Shown: piece after piece, positions 19,953 through 30,816 of the stretch
How positions within the stretch are numbered: the first letter of the stretch is position 1
How the letters are laid out: each line of letters starts with the position of its first letter
Assembly (NCBI GenBank): GCA_038883855.1
Contig: JAVZLH010000001.1
Location: forward strand, 96,001 to 160,000
DNA length: 64,000 bases
Reading direction: 5' to 3'
Source of the DNA: Candidatus Bathyarchaeia archaeon
Lineage (GTDB): Archaea > Thermoproteota > Bathyarchaeia > Bathyarchaeales > Bathycorpusculaceae
Notes under the pieces: generated by a model
What the model was told of the DNA's origin: nothing
The model's database searches: none
What the model saw: only the letters and a program-made list of their open reading frames with translations
Program-made: the position numbers and the translations under genes

Positions 19953-20723
19953 ATGAAAATGCTTGTAACGATAGGCCGCGGCGGAACAGGAAAAACAAGC
20001 TTTGTCGCTTTAATGACTAAATACTTTGTCGAGGCAGGAGAAACCCCGTTATTGCTTGTGGACGCAGACCCTGACCAGAACCTCAGCGAAATGGTCGGAG
20101 TCGACTTGAAAGAGGCTGGGAAAAAGACAATTTCAGAATTGCTTGTAGAAACTTTTATCGAAGGTGGAGGAACAACAGTAGGTATTCCGCCGACTGAAAG
20201 AATTGAAAGTAGAATTTGGATGTATGGGATGTATGAAAGCGACGCTTTCGACTTTATTTCTCTTGGGACAAAGTGGGTTGAGGGCTGTTACTGCTTGCCC
20301 AACTCTGCCTTAAAAGGTGCGTTGGAGTCCTTAACCAAAAATTACAAGTATGTTTTGATTGACTCGCCTGCTGGTTTAGAGCATTTAAACCGTAGGATCA
20401 CGTCTAGGGTTGATGACATTTTCGACGTTCTTGACCCATCCAAAAAGTCCTTTGACCATGTGGAAAGGGCTTACCGCATAGCAAGGGAGGTTAAGATTGA
20501 CTTCAAAAACTTCTACGTTGTAGGAGGTTTCCGTTTTCCTGAAAACCTAAGCGAGAAGGCTGAAAAAATGTTGAAGCATAAGTTTCTGGGGAAAATCGCC
20601 TACGACGAGAGTGTTGAGGAGCATGTTCTCGCTGGAAAATCTTTGCTGGAGTTACCCGAGGATTCTCCTGCTTATGTTTCTGTCGTGAAGATTCTGGAAA
20701 AAGCTGGTTACTTGCAAAGATAA
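19953..20723 (+). CDS. CooC2/AcsF-like Ni-insertion ATPase
   Basis: GRGGTGKT, DADPDQNL, EGCYC, DSPAGLEHLNR; directly upstream of cdhA. Confidence 0.88.
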   Translation: MKMLVTIGRGGTGKTSFVALMTKYFVEAGETPLLLVDADPDQNLSEMVGVDLKEAGKKTISELLVETFIEGGGTTVGIPPTERIESRIWMYGMYESDAFDFISLGTKWVEGCYCLPNSALKGALESLTKNYKYVLIDSPAGLEHLNRRITSRVDDIFDVLDPSKKSFDHVERAYRIAREVKIDFKNFYVVGGFRFPENLSEKAEKMLKHKFLGKIAYDESVEEHVLAGKSLLELPEDSPAYVSVVKILEKAGYLQR

Positions 20724-20820
20724 ATGGCAGCGTTTTCTTTTCATTCTTATCATGAAAATATTTCTAGAAAAGTTTAAAACACTGTGTTGTTAAGGATAAA
20801 TCTTCTGAACCATTTAGGTT

Positions 20821-23178
20821 GTGTTATTGGTGAATAGGAAGAATATTAACATAAAAATTGACGAGCTTAAAACTGACATTGGGATTTTCAAGAATCTTCA
20901 ACTTTCCATAGGCAAACTCGCTGAAGAAAAATGGACGGAGCCTATGGGACCAACACCATTTCCGTCGTTGACGGCGCTGAGAGATTGGGATATGAAACTT
21001 CTTCAACGCTACAAACCCTTTTACCTACCTTTCTGCGACGTTTGTTGCCTCTGCACATTCGGCAAATGTGACTTAACTGGAAACAAACGTGGAGCATGCG
21101 GAATAAACATGCCAGCTCAACAATCGCGGATAGTGCTTTTAGCTTGCTGCATAGGCGCAGCAACACACATTGGGCATGCCCGTCACTTAGTTGAACATTT
21201 AATTGAGAAGTTCGGGCGAAACATGCCTCTAGATGTTGGTGGACTGAATGTTCAGGTTGAGGCGCCTGTAACCCGTCTTGTTTGTGGAGTAAAACCCGAG
21301 ACTTTAGGTGATTTGGAAGAAGTTTTGGATTATGTTGAAACTCAACTCACCCACTTGGTGTCTGTTACACATACTGGACAAGAGGGAGGCAACCTCGACT
21401 TTGAGTCCAAGGTTTTTCACGCTGGTATGATAGACCAAGTTGGGATGGAAGTCGCAGATATCGCTCAAATAGCAGCTTATGGACTTCCAAAGGCAGACCC
21501 TGAAGCTCCGCTGGTTGACCTGGGTTATGGAACCATAAACATAGAAAAACCCGTAATCCTATGCATAGGTCACAATGTTGTTCCTTCAGTTGGGATAATA
21601 GATTACATGAAGGAGAACGGGTTTGACGGCGAAATTGAAGTTTGTGGACTTTGCTGCACAGCCCACGACATAACAAGATATTATAACCGCGGTAAAATCA
21701 TTGGGCCGATTTCTTGGCAACTTCGTTTTATAAGAAGCGGCGTCCCAGACGTTGTTGTCTTGGATGAACAGTGCATAAGGGCTGATGCGTTCTATGAAGC
21801 TCAAAAGATTAAGGCGCCAGTGATAGTTACATCAGAAAAGAACTGCATGGGCTTGCCGAACCGTACAAACGACCCAGCAGACGCCGTAGTGGAAGACTTA
21901 GTAAGCGGAAAAGCGCCTGGAGCATTAATTCTCGACCCAGAAAAAGTCGGAGAAGTAGCCGTAAAAGTCGCTTTGAAAGTTGCGCCTTTAAGGAAGAAGT
22001 TTAAGGTAATCCCTGAAGTTGAAGAGGTTCTTCAAAGAGCAAAGGACTGCAGACAATGTGGCGACTGCAGAAGGGCATGTCCGCAAGACTTGCAGATTCC
22101 AGAGGCTGTGAAGGCAGCCGCGCAAGGGTCATTAGCAAAACTTGCCGACTTATACGAACCATGCGTTGGCTGTGGCCGTTGCGAACAAGCTTGTCCCGTT
22201 GGCTTGCCAGTTCACAGTTTCATCGTGAAGGCTGGAGAAAAACAGCTTAAATCGGAAACCTACAAAGTTAGGGCTGGAAGAGGCGCAATTCAAGACATCG
22301 AAATTAGGAACGTCGGCAGTCCAATTGTGCTCGGTGAAATTCCAGGCGTAGTTGCTGTCGTAGGCTGTTCCAACTATCCAAGTGGCGGAAAAGATGTCGC
22401 GGAAATCTGTATGGAATTCGCTAACAGACGCTACATAGTTGTGACATCTGGCTGCTCAGCCATGTCAGCCGCTATGTACAAGAATGAGGAGGGCAAAACA
22501 CCATACGAGTACTTCACTGGAGAATTTACTGCTGGCTGTCTTGTGAATGTTGGTTCGTGCGTTTCAAACTCCCACATTGCAGGGGCCGCGATAAAAATTG
22601 CCAATATCTTTGCAAAGCGCAATTTGAGAGCTAACTACGAAGAAATAGCTGATTACATCCTGAACCGTGTAGGCGCAGTTGGACTTGCATGGGGCGCTTA
22701 CTCGCAGAAGGCTGTAGCAATTGCCAGCGGATTCTGGCGTTTAGGTGTTCCAGTAATTGTTGGTCCTCATGGAATTAAGTATAGGCGTATGCTTTTGGGA
22801 AGGGCTGACCGCGAAGAGAACTGGTATGTTTATGATGCACGAACAGGCGAGAAAGTTTACGTTGGACCAGCACCGGAACATCTCTTCTACGCTGCTGAAA
22901 CCAAAGAAGAAGCCATGGTCATGATAGCCAAGCTTTGTATGCGACCCAACGACACCACGAAGGGCAGAGCCATAAAACTCACACACTACATAGACTTGCA
23001 TAAGAGATTGTATGGCACAATGCCCGAAGACATACACCTATTCGTGCGCACAATTGCAGACATTCCAGTGACAATGAAAGATGAAATTGTCAAGATTCTG
23101 GACGAGAAAGGGTGGAAGGAAACAGTGATTCCAGACCCGACGCTTCTTCCACGGATGATTAGAAAACATAAGGAGTGA
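20821..23178 (+). CDS. cdhA: ACDS complex alpha subunit (Ni-CO dehydrogenase)
   Basis: CDVCCLCTFGKC, RGACG, GHN, GLCCT, DEQC, two ferredoxin motifs, GCSN, SGC, GSCVSN. Confidence 0.97.
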   Translation: MLLVNRKNINIKIDELKTDIGIFKNLQLSIGKLAEEKWTEPMGPTPFPSLTALRDWDMKLLQRYKPFYLPFCDVCCLCTFGKCDLTGNKRGACGINMPAQQSRIVLLACCIGAATHIGHARHLVEHLIEKFGRNMPLDVGGLNVQVEAPVTRLVCGVKPETLGDLEEVLDYVETQLTHLVSVTHTGQEGGNLDFESKVFHAGMIDQVGMEVADIAQIAAYGLPKADPEAPLVDLGYGTINIEKPVILCIGHNVVPSVGIIDYMKENGFDGEIEVCGLCCTAHDITRYYNRGKIIGPISWQLRFIRSGVPDVVVLDEQCIRADAFYEAQKIKAPVIVTSEKNCMGLPNRTNDPADAVVEDLVSGKAPGALILDPEKVGEVAVKVALKVAPLRKKFKVIPEVEEVLQRAKDCRQCGDCRRACPQDLQIPEAVKAAAQGSLAKLADLYEPCVGCGRCEQACPVGLPVHSFIVKAGEKQLKSETYKVRAGRGAIQDIEIRNVGSPIVLGEIPGVVAVVGCSNYPSGGKDVAEICMEFANRRYIVVTSGCSAMSAAMYKNEEGKTPYEYFTGEFTAGCLVNVGSCVSNSHIAGAAIKIANIFAKRNLRANYEEIADYILNRVGAVGLAWGAYSQKAVAIASGFWRLGVPVIVGPHGIKYRRMLLGRADREENWYVYDARTGEKVYVGPAPEHLFYAAETKEEAMVMIAKLCMRPNDTTKGRAIKLTHYIDLHKRLYGTMPEDIHLFVRTIADIPVTMKDEIVKILDEKGWKETVIPDPTLLPRMIRKHKE

Positions 23179-23185
23179 ATGAACC

Positions 23186-23737
23186 ATGGCAGCAGTAACT
23201 GAACCTTGGCAAACGGCAGAAATCCCAGGACCCAAAAAAGCTTTAGTCATAACAAAGGCTGATGTCGTTGCCGCCATGATTAAACGGGCGAAACACCCAA
23301 TACTAGTCGTGGGACATAAGACTGTCGAAACAGAGCTTGAAGGACGGAAACTAATCGACTACATGATTGACCTTGCGAAAAAAGCCAATATCCCAGTAGT
23401 AGCCACAGCCCACATAGTCAGCGATTTCACAAAAAGAGGCTATAAACCCGCTGGCTTCATGCCCGCTGTAGACATTGGAAACAGGCTTGTTGACGCCTCA
23501 TGGAATGGGATCGACGGCAAAGGACCGCATGACCTAGCTTTGTTCGTCGGTCTTCCATACTACATGGAATGGACAATCCTTTCTGGTCTAAAGCACTTCG
23601 CCCCCAACCTGAAAACAATAACCCTGGACAACGTGTATCAACCACACGCAAGCTGGTCGTTTCCAAATATTTCTGTTAAAGATTGGATAGAAAACCTCAA
23701 GTTAATAATAGGAAAATTTGAAGGAGGAAGTGAATGA
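23186..23737 (+). CDS. cdhB: ACDS complex epsilon subunit
   Basis: IKRAKHPILVVG, WNGIDGKGPHDL, LKHFAP, YQPHASWSF; operon position. Confidence 0.95.
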   Translation: MAAVTEPWQTAEIPGPKKALVITKADVVAAMIKRAKHPILVVGHKTVETELEGRKLIDYMIDLAKKANIPVVATAHIVSDFTKRGYKPAGFMPAVDIGNRLVDASWNGIDGKGPHDLALFVGLPYYMEWTILSGLKHFAPNLKTITLDNVYQPHASWSFPNISVKDWIENLKLIIGKFEGGSE

Positions 23738-23738
23738 A

Positions 23739-25148
23739 ATGTCAATGTTTAAAGACATACCGGTAGATGTGGGTGTAATCTATGAAGGCGAAAGGATCCG
23801 TAGAAAAGACATGTATGTGGAGCTGGGCGGACCAGACGTCAAAGAAAAATTCGAACTGGCAAGAGTCAGAAAACCCGAGGAAGTCGAAGATGGAAAAGTA
23901 ACAATTATAGGGCCGGACATAAAGGATATGGCGGAAGGGAAAACCTACCCTCTGGGCATCCTCATAGAGGTTGCTGGCGCAAAACTTGAGCCAGAACTTG
24001 AAGGTGTCATAGAAAGACGTATACACGCCTACTGCAACTACATCGAAGGCTTCATGCACCTAAACCAGCGCTACGACATATGGCTTAGGCTAAGCAAAAA
24101 ATCCTTTGAAAAAGGGTTAAACTCCTTCCAACTCATCGGAAAAGTCTTACATAGACTTTTCAAAAGCGAACTGCCAATAATCGAAAAAATGCAAGTAACC
24201 TTCATAACAGACCCAGAGAAAATAAAGCCGCTCTACAACGAGGCTCTGCAAATTTATGATGCCAGAGACGCCAGAGCAAGAGGGCTCAAAGACGAAGAAG
24301 TAGACAAATTTTACGGCTGCATCCTATGCCAGTCTTTCGCTCCAACCCACTGCTGCGTAATAACCCCGCAGCGATATTCGAACTGTGGAGCCATAAGCTG
24401 GTTTGATGGAAGAGCCGCAGCAAGCATAGACCCGAAAGGTCCGGTGTTCACAATTGAAAAAGGCGAGCTGCTCGACCCTGTTAAGGGCGAATACTCTGGC
24501 GTAAATGAGGCTGTAAAGAAACGTACTCTAGGCGAAATTACTAGGGTTTGGCTTTACACAGCCTTTGGCTACCCGCACACTTCATGCGGCTGCTTTGAAG
24601 GCGTTGCCTTCTACATTCCAGAAGTCGACGGCTTCGGCATTGTGCACAGAGGCTACAAAGATGTCACTGTTAACGGACTGCCCTTCTCAACACTTGCAGA
24701 CTCAACTGCTGGCGGAAGACAAGTGGACGGATTCCACGGCATATCAATAGAATACATGCGCTCAAAGAAGTTCCTGCAAGCTGACGGCGGATGGAACCGA
24801 GTTGTTTGGATGCCAAAGGAAGTAAAGGAAAGAGTGAAAGACTTCATACCAGCCGAACTGGTTGACAAAATTGCAACAGAAGAAGACGCCAAAACAATCG
24901 ATGAACTGAAGGCTTTCCTGAAAACGCAGAACCACCCGGTTTTAACGCGGTGGAAAGAGGAAGCCGTGGCAGTTGCAGAAGCGGCGCCAACCGAAGCTGC
25001 AGAAGAAGCGCCAATTGTGCCTGTGGCGACAGCCGCAACCCTGCCAATAACAGCGGGAGGCTTCAAAATAATCTTAAAAGACGCAAAAATCTACGCAAAA
25101 AGAGTCATCATCCGCTCCATGAGAGGCGAAAAAACAGAGAAAAGGTGA
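23739..25148 (+). CDS. cdhC: ACDS complex beta subunit (acetyl-CoA synthase)
   Basis: EGERIR, ERRIH, CILCQSFAPTH, PHTSCGCFE A-cluster motif, DGGWNRVVW. Confidence 0.97.
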   Translation: MSMFKDIPVDVGVIYEGERIRRKDMYVELGGPDVKEKFELARVRKPEEVEDGKVTIIGPDIKDMAEGKTYPLGILIEVAGAKLEPELEGVIERRIHAYCNYIEGFMHLNQRYDIWLRLSKKSFEKGLNSFQLIGKVLHRLFKSELPIIEKMQVTFITDPEKIKPLYNEALQIYDARDARARGLKDEEVDKFYGCILCQSFAPTHCCVITPQRYSNCGAISWFDGRAAASIDPKGPVFTIEKGELLDPVKGEYSGVNEAVKKRTLGEITRVWLYTAFGYPHTSCGCFEGVAFYIPEVDGFGIVHRGYKDVTVNGLPFSTLADSTAGGRQVDGFHGISIEYMRSKKFLQADGGWNRVVWMPKEVKERVKDFIPAELVDKIATEEDAKTIDELKAFLKTQNHPVLTRWKEEAVAVAEAAPTEAAEEAPIVPVATAATLPITAGGFKIILKDAKIYAKRVIIRSMRGEKTEKR

Positions 25149-25154
25149 AAACAC

Positions 25155-26366
25155 TTGGCTGAAAAAGAGAAGGCTTTAGGGCTGAAACTCAGCCCGCGCC
25201 TTATGGAACTTCTCGCAAAACTTCAGGAGATTGAGCTTGAAGACTTTGAAATGAATGTTGGAGATTTGGAAATTTGGCTTCAACCCGGAGCCGTTTCCGC
25301 TCCTGTTGTTGCGCCGCCAAAAGTTGTTCCGCCAGTGAAAGCTAAACCAACGGCTATTCTCGAGGCAGAGTTTATCCCCCCGGTTGAAACATACCCTGGT
25401 AAAATTGTGGAAGTGAAGCTTGGAGCCACGAGAAGCGAAGGTGGTACTCGTGGAAAAACTGTTACAATTGGAGGCGAAACCACCCCGGCCTTCTACACTT
25501 TTGAGCGTCCCACACCACACCCTCCAGTTGTAACGCTTGATGTTTTTGATATCGAAGTTCCCCTCGCAAAGGCTGTGAAGATGCATGTGAAAGATGTTTT
25601 GGGAGATCCTGCCGCTTGGGCTAAGCTCGCAGTTGAAAAGTTCGGTGCGGACCTCGTGACAATCCACCTAATCAGCATTGACCCTCTTGTGAAGGACGCC
25701 ACGCCAAAAGAGGCTGTGAAAACGGTGGAGGAAGTGGCGCAAGCAGTTGACGTGCCCCTTGTAATCGGAGGATGCGGCGACCCAGTGAAAGACGCTGACG
25801 TTTTTGAAGCGATTGCAGAAACATTCAAAGGTGAACGTTTCTTGATAAGCTCGCTTACGCGGGACATGGATATTGAAAGATGCGGCAAATTTGTAAAGAA
25901 AAACGGGCATGTCGCGCTTTCATTCACACCCATGGACTTGAACTTAGCTCGGGAACTTAACCGTAAACTCTACGATTACCTATCTAAAGAAGACATAATT
26001 ATGGATTTGACAACCGCCGCGCTCGGCTACGGTCTCGACTACGCTTTTACAAACATGGAAAGAGCTAGGCTCGCAGGTTTAATGGGCGACCCAGAACTGG
26101 CGCATCCCATGTCCTCTGGAACAACAAACGCTTGGGCGGCAAGGGAAGCGTGGCTTAAAATGGCTCCAGAATGGGAACCCCGCGAACTGAGAGGACCCTT
26201 ATGGGAGGTTGTGACGGCTTTGACTCTGCTGCTTGCTGGTGTAGACCTGTTTATGATGATGCATCCGGCTGCCGTAAAAACTCTGAAAGAGGTTGTTAAA
26301 CAGTTGACTGGTGAGGGCATCGGGAACGCTAACAAACTCGTGGAATGGGTTTCCATGAAAGTTTAG
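25155..26366 (+). CDS. cdhD: ACDS complex delta subunit (corrinoid FeS protein small subunit)
   Basis: GATRSEGGTR, ALGYGLDY, ERARLAGL.GD, AWAAREAW, MMMHP. Confidence 0.95.
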   Translation: MAEKEKALGLKLSPRLMELLAKLQEIELEDFEMNVGDLEIWLQPGAVSAPVVAPPKVVPPVKAKPTAILEAEFIPPVETYPGKIVEVKLGATRSEGGTRGKTVTIGGETTPAFYTFERPTPHPPVVTLDVFDIEVPLAKAVKMHVKDVLGDPAAWAKLAVEKFGADLVTIHLISIDPLVKDATPKEAVKTVEEVAQAVDVPLVIGGCGDPVKDADVFEAIAETFKGERFLISSLTRDMDIERCGKFVKKNGHVALSFTPMDLNLARELNRKLYDYLSKEDIIMDLTTAALGYGLDYAFTNMERARLAGLMGDPELAHPMSSGTTNAWAAREAWLKMAPEWEPRELRGPLWEVVTALTLLLAGVDLFMMMHPAAVKTLKEVVKQLTGEGIGNANKLVEWVSMKV

Positions 26367-26399
26367 ATTGAGGGGTGTTTTGGAGAGAGAGTGTTTGGT

Positions 26400-27833
26400 A
26401 TGAGTGGAAAAGAAGGTAAAGTTGGCGTGAAAGAGCTAAGCCCAATAGATGTTTACAAGCTTCTACCCAAAACAAACTGCAAGGAATGCGGCGAAGAAAA
26501 CTGCATGGCTTTCGCAACAAAAGTTGTTAACCGCGAAGTCACCATCGAAAAATGCCCGCCACTACTGAAGAAAGAACATGAAAAAGCCTACGCTCAGTTG
26601 AAAGAGATGCTGAAACCCGCCATAAAAGAAGTCATCGTAGGCGCCGGAGACAAAGCCGTGAAAATCGGCGGAAAACTAGTTATGTACCGCCACGAACTCA
26701 CATACTTTAACCCAACGGCAATCGCAATAGACGTAACGGACGAGATGTCTGATGAAGAAATTCTTGACAGGGTGAAGCGCACAGAAAAGTTCAGCTTTGA
26801 ATATATCGGGCAAACGCTGAAACTGGACATGATTGCAGTTCGCTCCACATCAAACGACCCTGAAAAGTTTAAGGCAACGGTAAAGAAAGTTGCAGAAAAC
26901 ACAACCTTGCCACTAATTCTCTGCTCGCTAAACCCAAACGTTCTGGAAGCGGGATTAATTGCAGTGCCAAAAGCGAGACCACTACTGTACGCGGCGACGA
27001 AAGACAACTGGAAAGACATGGCTGAACTTGCATTGATGTATAACTGTCCGTTAACGGTGTTTGCGCCAAACAACCTTAAACTGTTAAAGTCTTTGGCAAA
27101 AACCCTAATTGAATACGGTGTTGAAGACCTTGTGCTTGACCCCGGCACTTTTCCAAGCGAAGGCTTAACTGACACGCTGAACAATTTCACAATGATTCGA
27201 AGAGCAGCTTGCAAAGGAGGAGACGAACTTTTAGGCTTCCCGTTAATGGGTGTGCCCATGACGGTTTGGATGGAGAAAGGCGAAGCCCCCGCGGAAATTG
27301 CAAAGTGGAAAGAGGCTTACTTGGCATCTATGCTTATCGTCCGTTTTGCAGATGTTGTGATAATGCACAGCGTTGACGGTTGGTCTCTTCTTCCAACGGT
27401 TATATTGCGGCAAAACATTTACACAGACCCACGCAAACCCGTAGCTGTAGAGCCAGGTTTGAGAGTTTTCGGGACACCAGACGAAAACTCGCCAGTAATG
27501 TTCACAACTAACTTCGCTCTCACATACTACACGGTAGCTTCCGACATAGAATCCGCAAAAATAAATGCTTACCTGCTGGTTGTTGACACCGAAGGCATAG
27601 CCGTAGACAGTGCAGTGGCTGGAAGAAAATTGACAGCAGAAAAAGTTGCAGACGCCTTAAAAGCTTGTGGACTGGAAAACAAAGTTAAGCATAGAAAACT
27701 AATAATTCCAGGAAAAGCAGCGCGGCTAAGCGGAGAAATTGAAGAACTCAGCGGTTGGCAAGTGATGGTTGGTCCAAGGGACTCGTCTGACATACCGAAG
27801 TTTCTACAGGAAAAATGGGCAACACAAGTTTAA
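26400..27833 (+). CDS. cdhE: ACDS complex gamma subunit (corrinoid FeS protein large subunit)
   Basis: LPKTNCKECGEENCMAFA..CP, YRHE, LRQNIYTDPRKP, TTNFALTY, GPRDSS. Confidence 0.96.
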   Translation: MSGKEGKVGVKELSPIDVYKLLPKTNCKECGEENCMAFATKVVNREVTIEKCPPLLKKEHEKAYAQLKEMLKPAIKEVIVGAGDKAVKIGGKLVMYRHELTYFNPTAIAIDVTDEMSDEEILDRVKRTEKFSFEYIGQTLKLDMIAVRSTSNDPEKFKATVKKVAENTTLPLILCSLNPNVLEAGLIAVPKARPLLYAATKDNWKDMAELALMYNCPLTVFAPNNLKLLKSLAKTLIEYGVEDLVLDPGTFPSEGLTDTLNNFTMIRRAACKGGDELLGFPLMGVPMTVWMEKGEAPAEIAKWKEAYLASMLIVRFADVVIMHSVDGWSLLPTVILRQNIYTDPRKPVAVEPGLRVFGTPDENSPVMFTTNFALTYYTVASDIESAKINAYLLVVDTEGIAVDSAVAGRKLTAEKVADALKACGLENKVKHRKLIIPGKAARLSGEIEELSGWQVMVGPRDSSDIPKFLQEKWATQV

Positions 27834-27849
27834 TACTTCTTATTTTATC

Positions 27850-27868
27850 CCTTTTTGGGTAAAAAAGG
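27850..27868. terminator. Possible bidirectional terminator between convergent cdhE and thermosome genes
   Basis: CCTTTTT-GGGTA-AAAAAGG inverted repeat flanked by T-rich tracts. Confidence 0.35.
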
Positions 27869-27882
27869 AATAAGGTTTTGTT

Positions 27883-29529
27883 TTAGTACTCTTCTCCACC
27901 GAGTTCTTCTTTAGGCTTTTTCTCCTTCTCTTTCTCCTTCTCCATGCCTTTCGCTGCAATCAAATCGTCGATCTTTAGTATCATGTTTGCTGCTTCTGTT
28001 GCTGATTTGATGACTTGTTGCTTAACTCGTAATGGTTCCACAACTTTTAGTTCAAGCATGTCTCTGACTTTGCCAGAGAAGACATCAACTCCATAAGATG
28101 GTGTAGCTGCGCTTTCGTGTTTAGCTCTTAAAGCAACCATAATGTCAATAGGGTCTAAACCAGCGTTTTCAGCCAAAATAAGCGGAATCGACTCGACAGC
28201 ATCCGCGAAAGCTTCGATTGCCAGCTGCTCGCGTCCACCGACCTTAACAGCGTAATCCCTTAACTGCTTTGCAACTTCCGCTTCTGGTGCACCACCGCCT
28301 GGAACTATTTTTCCATCTTCTATGGCGTTTCTGACAACGCATAATGCGTCATGTAAGGAGCGCTCTGCTTCGTCGACGACATGTTCTGTTCCACCTCTGA
28401 TGACGATGGTTACTGCTTTGGGGTTCTTGCACTCCTTTACATAGATAAGTTTGTCCTCGCCTATCTTGACTTCTTCGACAATTTTTGCTTCTCCAAGCAC
28501 GTCTGGCGTTAAGTCTTTGACACTGGCTATAATTTTGCCTCCAGTTGCCCTTGCAAGTTTCTCCATATCACTTCTGGTGAGGTTTTTAGCCGCTAAAATG
28601 CCTCTTTTAGCCAAGAAATGCAGCGCCACATCGTCTATGCCTTTCTCGCATAAGACAACGTTTGCGCCGACCTCTGCAATCTTGTCAACCATTTCTTTAA
28701 GCATGCGTTCCTCTTCATCCAAGAAAAGTTTCATCTGCTCCGGGGTTTCAATGTTAATTTTTGCGTCAAATTCCGTTTTCTCGATCTCCAATTTGGCATT
28801 TAAAAGCGCAATCTTCGCGTCTTTGACAAGTTTTGGCATCTGCGGATGAGCAACTTCCTTGTCAATGACCACGCCTTTGACAAGCTCTGTTTCGTCTAGA
28901 CTTTTGCCGTGTTTCTTCAAAATTTTAATTAAATCAATGTCAGCCTTGAACTTTCCATCTTTCTCCTCTGCAACTTGTTTTACGGCTTCAACAGCTAGTT
29001 TGGCAAAATGCTCTTTAGCCACTGTTATGCCTTTGCTGCCCATAGAAGTAACCGCTATGTCGATAAGCCTTTCATCGTCATTTATGCTTATTGGTAACGC
29101 CATTTTCTCCAAGACTTCTTGGGCTTTTTCGCTGGCTTTCTTAAAACCTTCAATAATAACTGTTGGATGAATGTTCTGGTCTAAAAGTGTTTCAGCCTTT
29201 GCCAGAAGTTCCCCAGCTAAAACTGCTGCTGTCGTTGTTCCATCGCCCACCTCGTTGTCTTGAGCTTTTGCGACTTCCACGAGCATTTTTGCTGCTGGAT
29301 GCTGTACATCAAGCTCCTTCAAGATTGTTGCGCCATCGTTTGTTATTGAAACATCTCCAAAACTGTTTACGAGCATTTTATCCATGCCTTTCGGGCCTAA
29401 GGTTGTTTTCACAGTTTCCGCTATTATTTTTGCGGCCATTATATTGTTTCTCTGCGCTTCTCTTCCTGTCGTTCTGCTTGTTCCTTCCTTTAATATCAAT
29501 ACTGGAACAGTTCCAGAAGGTACGGACAT
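27883..29529 (-). CDS. ths: Thermosome (group II chaperonin) subunit
   Basis: [37 protein letters not shown]. Confidence 0.97.
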   Translation of the reverse strand: MSVPSGTVPVLILKEGTSRTTGREAQRNNIMAAKIIAETVKTTLGPKGMDKMLVNSFGDVSITNDGATILKELDVQHPAAKMLVEVAKAQDNEVGDGTTTAAVLAGELLAKAETLLDQNIHPTVIIEGFKKASEKAQEVLEKMALPISINDDERLIDIAVTSMGSKGITVAKEHFAKLAVEAVKQVAEEKDGKFKADIDLIKILKKHGKSLDETELVKGVVIDKEVAHPQMPKLVKDAKIALLNAKLEIEKTEFDAKINIETPEQMKLFLDEEERMLKEMVDKIAEVGANVVLCEKGIDDVALHFLAKRGILAAKNLTRSDMEKLARATGGKIIASVKDLTPDVLGEAKIVEEVKIGEDKLIYVKECKNPKAVTIVIRGGTEHVVDEAERSLHDALCVVRNAIEDGKIVPGGGAPEAEVAKQLRDYAVKVGGREQLAIEAFADAVESIPLILAENAGLDPIDIMVALRAKHESAATPSYGVDVFSGKVRDMLELKVVEPLRVKQQVIKSATEAANMILKIDDLIAAKGMEKEKEKEKKPKEELGGEEY

Positions 29530-29620
29530 TAGACATCACCTCCACACATGTTTTCTCATGTGAAAGATTAATTTGTTATGACAAAATTCTACACGAAAAG
29601 ACACTTCTATATAAGCATTT

Positions 29621-30688
29621 CTAATCTTCGTCAGCCTTAACAATCTTGTATCCGGAAGCCTTACGAAGTCTATTCATAACCGCCAAGCCAAGCCCCTCCA
29701 TGGGTATGCCCTCCGCCACTATAACATCAACATTCTCAGCATCGAATTCTCTGAGAAGCCTAAACAAATTCCTAGCGATAGACGTCGTGTCGCTTCTACT
29801 TCCCAGAGATTTAACAACGCCAACCCCGTAGCCTGCAACAGTTTCATCGGTGGCAAGAACCCCAACCCTTTTGCCTTCTCGCGCGTAGATTTCAGCTAAC
29901 TCCCTCGCTTTGTTAAACACTGCCGGCAGTTTTCCCTCAACAACAACCAAGTCTGCACGTGGAGCATAATGCTTATGTTTTACGCCGGGCGAACGTGCCT
30001 TCTCAACATCTACTTCCCTATCTGCAACAGCGACAAGACTAAGTCTCACATCCTTAATAAACTGCTTTAACACTTCAAATGGAGTTCCTCCAGGACGAAG
30101 AACTTGCGGAGGGCTAGCTGTCAAATCCAGAACGGTTGATTCCACCCCAATGTAAGTGGGTCCAGCATCCAAAACCGCATCTACCTTTCCATCCAGATCC
30201 TCCAAAACGTGCTCTGCCGATGTGGGACTTGGTCTTCCAGCCAAATTTGCACTTGGTCCTATTATTGGGCGTTGGCTTTCCCTTATCAAGGCTAATGCAA
30301 CTTCATGTCTTGGCATCCTAATAGCTATCGTGTCCAAACCAGACACGGTCACGCTGGGAACAATGCTTGAACGTTTAAAAATAAGTGTTAATGGGCCTGG
30401 CCAAAGCTTTTTCATGAGATTTTCAGCTTCGGAGGGGACATTTTCGGCGAGTTTGTAAACTTCTTTTACGTCTGCCACGTGAATTATTGGAGGGTTGTCA
30501 AGGGGACGTTTTTTAGCTTCAAAAGCAGCTAAAACAGCCTTTGGATTTAGTGCATCTGCTCCCAAACCATAAACAGTTTCCGTTGGGAAAGCCACCAAGC
30601 CTCCCTTCTTTATCAAGTCTGCTGCCGTCTGGATTTTTTCTTTCTCCGGTTTTTGAGGGTTAACCTTTAACACTATGGTTTTTTTCAT
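29621..30688 (-). CDS. sua5: Threonylcarbamoyl-AMP synthase Sua5 (YrdC + SUA5 domains)
   Basis: FPTETVYGLG, KKRPLDNP, WPGPLT, PSAN.GRPSPT, PGVKHKHYAP, NRLRKA. Confidence 0.95.
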   Translation of the reverse strand: MKKTIVLKVNPQKPEKEKIQTAADLIKKGGLVAFPTETVYGLGADALNPKAVLAAFEAKKRPLDNPPIIHVADVKEVYKLAENVPSEAENLMKKLWPGPLTLIFKRSSIVPSVTVSGLDTIAIRMPRHEVALALIRESQRPIIGPSANLAGRPSPTSAEHVLEDLDGKVDAVLDAGPTYIGVESTVLDLTASPPQVLRPGGTPFEVLKQFIKDVRLSLVAVADREVDVEKARSPGVKHKHYAPRADLVVVEGKLPAVFNKARELAEIYAREGKRVGVLATDETVAGYGVGVVKSLGSRSDTTSIARNLFRLLREFDAENVDVIVAEGIPMEGLGLAVMNRLRKASGYKIVKADED

Positions 30689-30816
30689 TGGGTGTCTTGT
30701 CCTTACTGTTTACTTCTAGATAAAACGAATGTGTGAGTTTCTTTATCTTTTTCCTTTCCATGACAACTTGCTGAACTATTATTTTAATAATTGGTCATAT
30801 AACGGGGTAGGTCTTC

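Noticed and set aside
26594-27259. Long antisense ORFs (here and within ths, topA, polB, cdhD and others)
   Set aside because: They fully overlap well-supported genes and show no recognisable motifs
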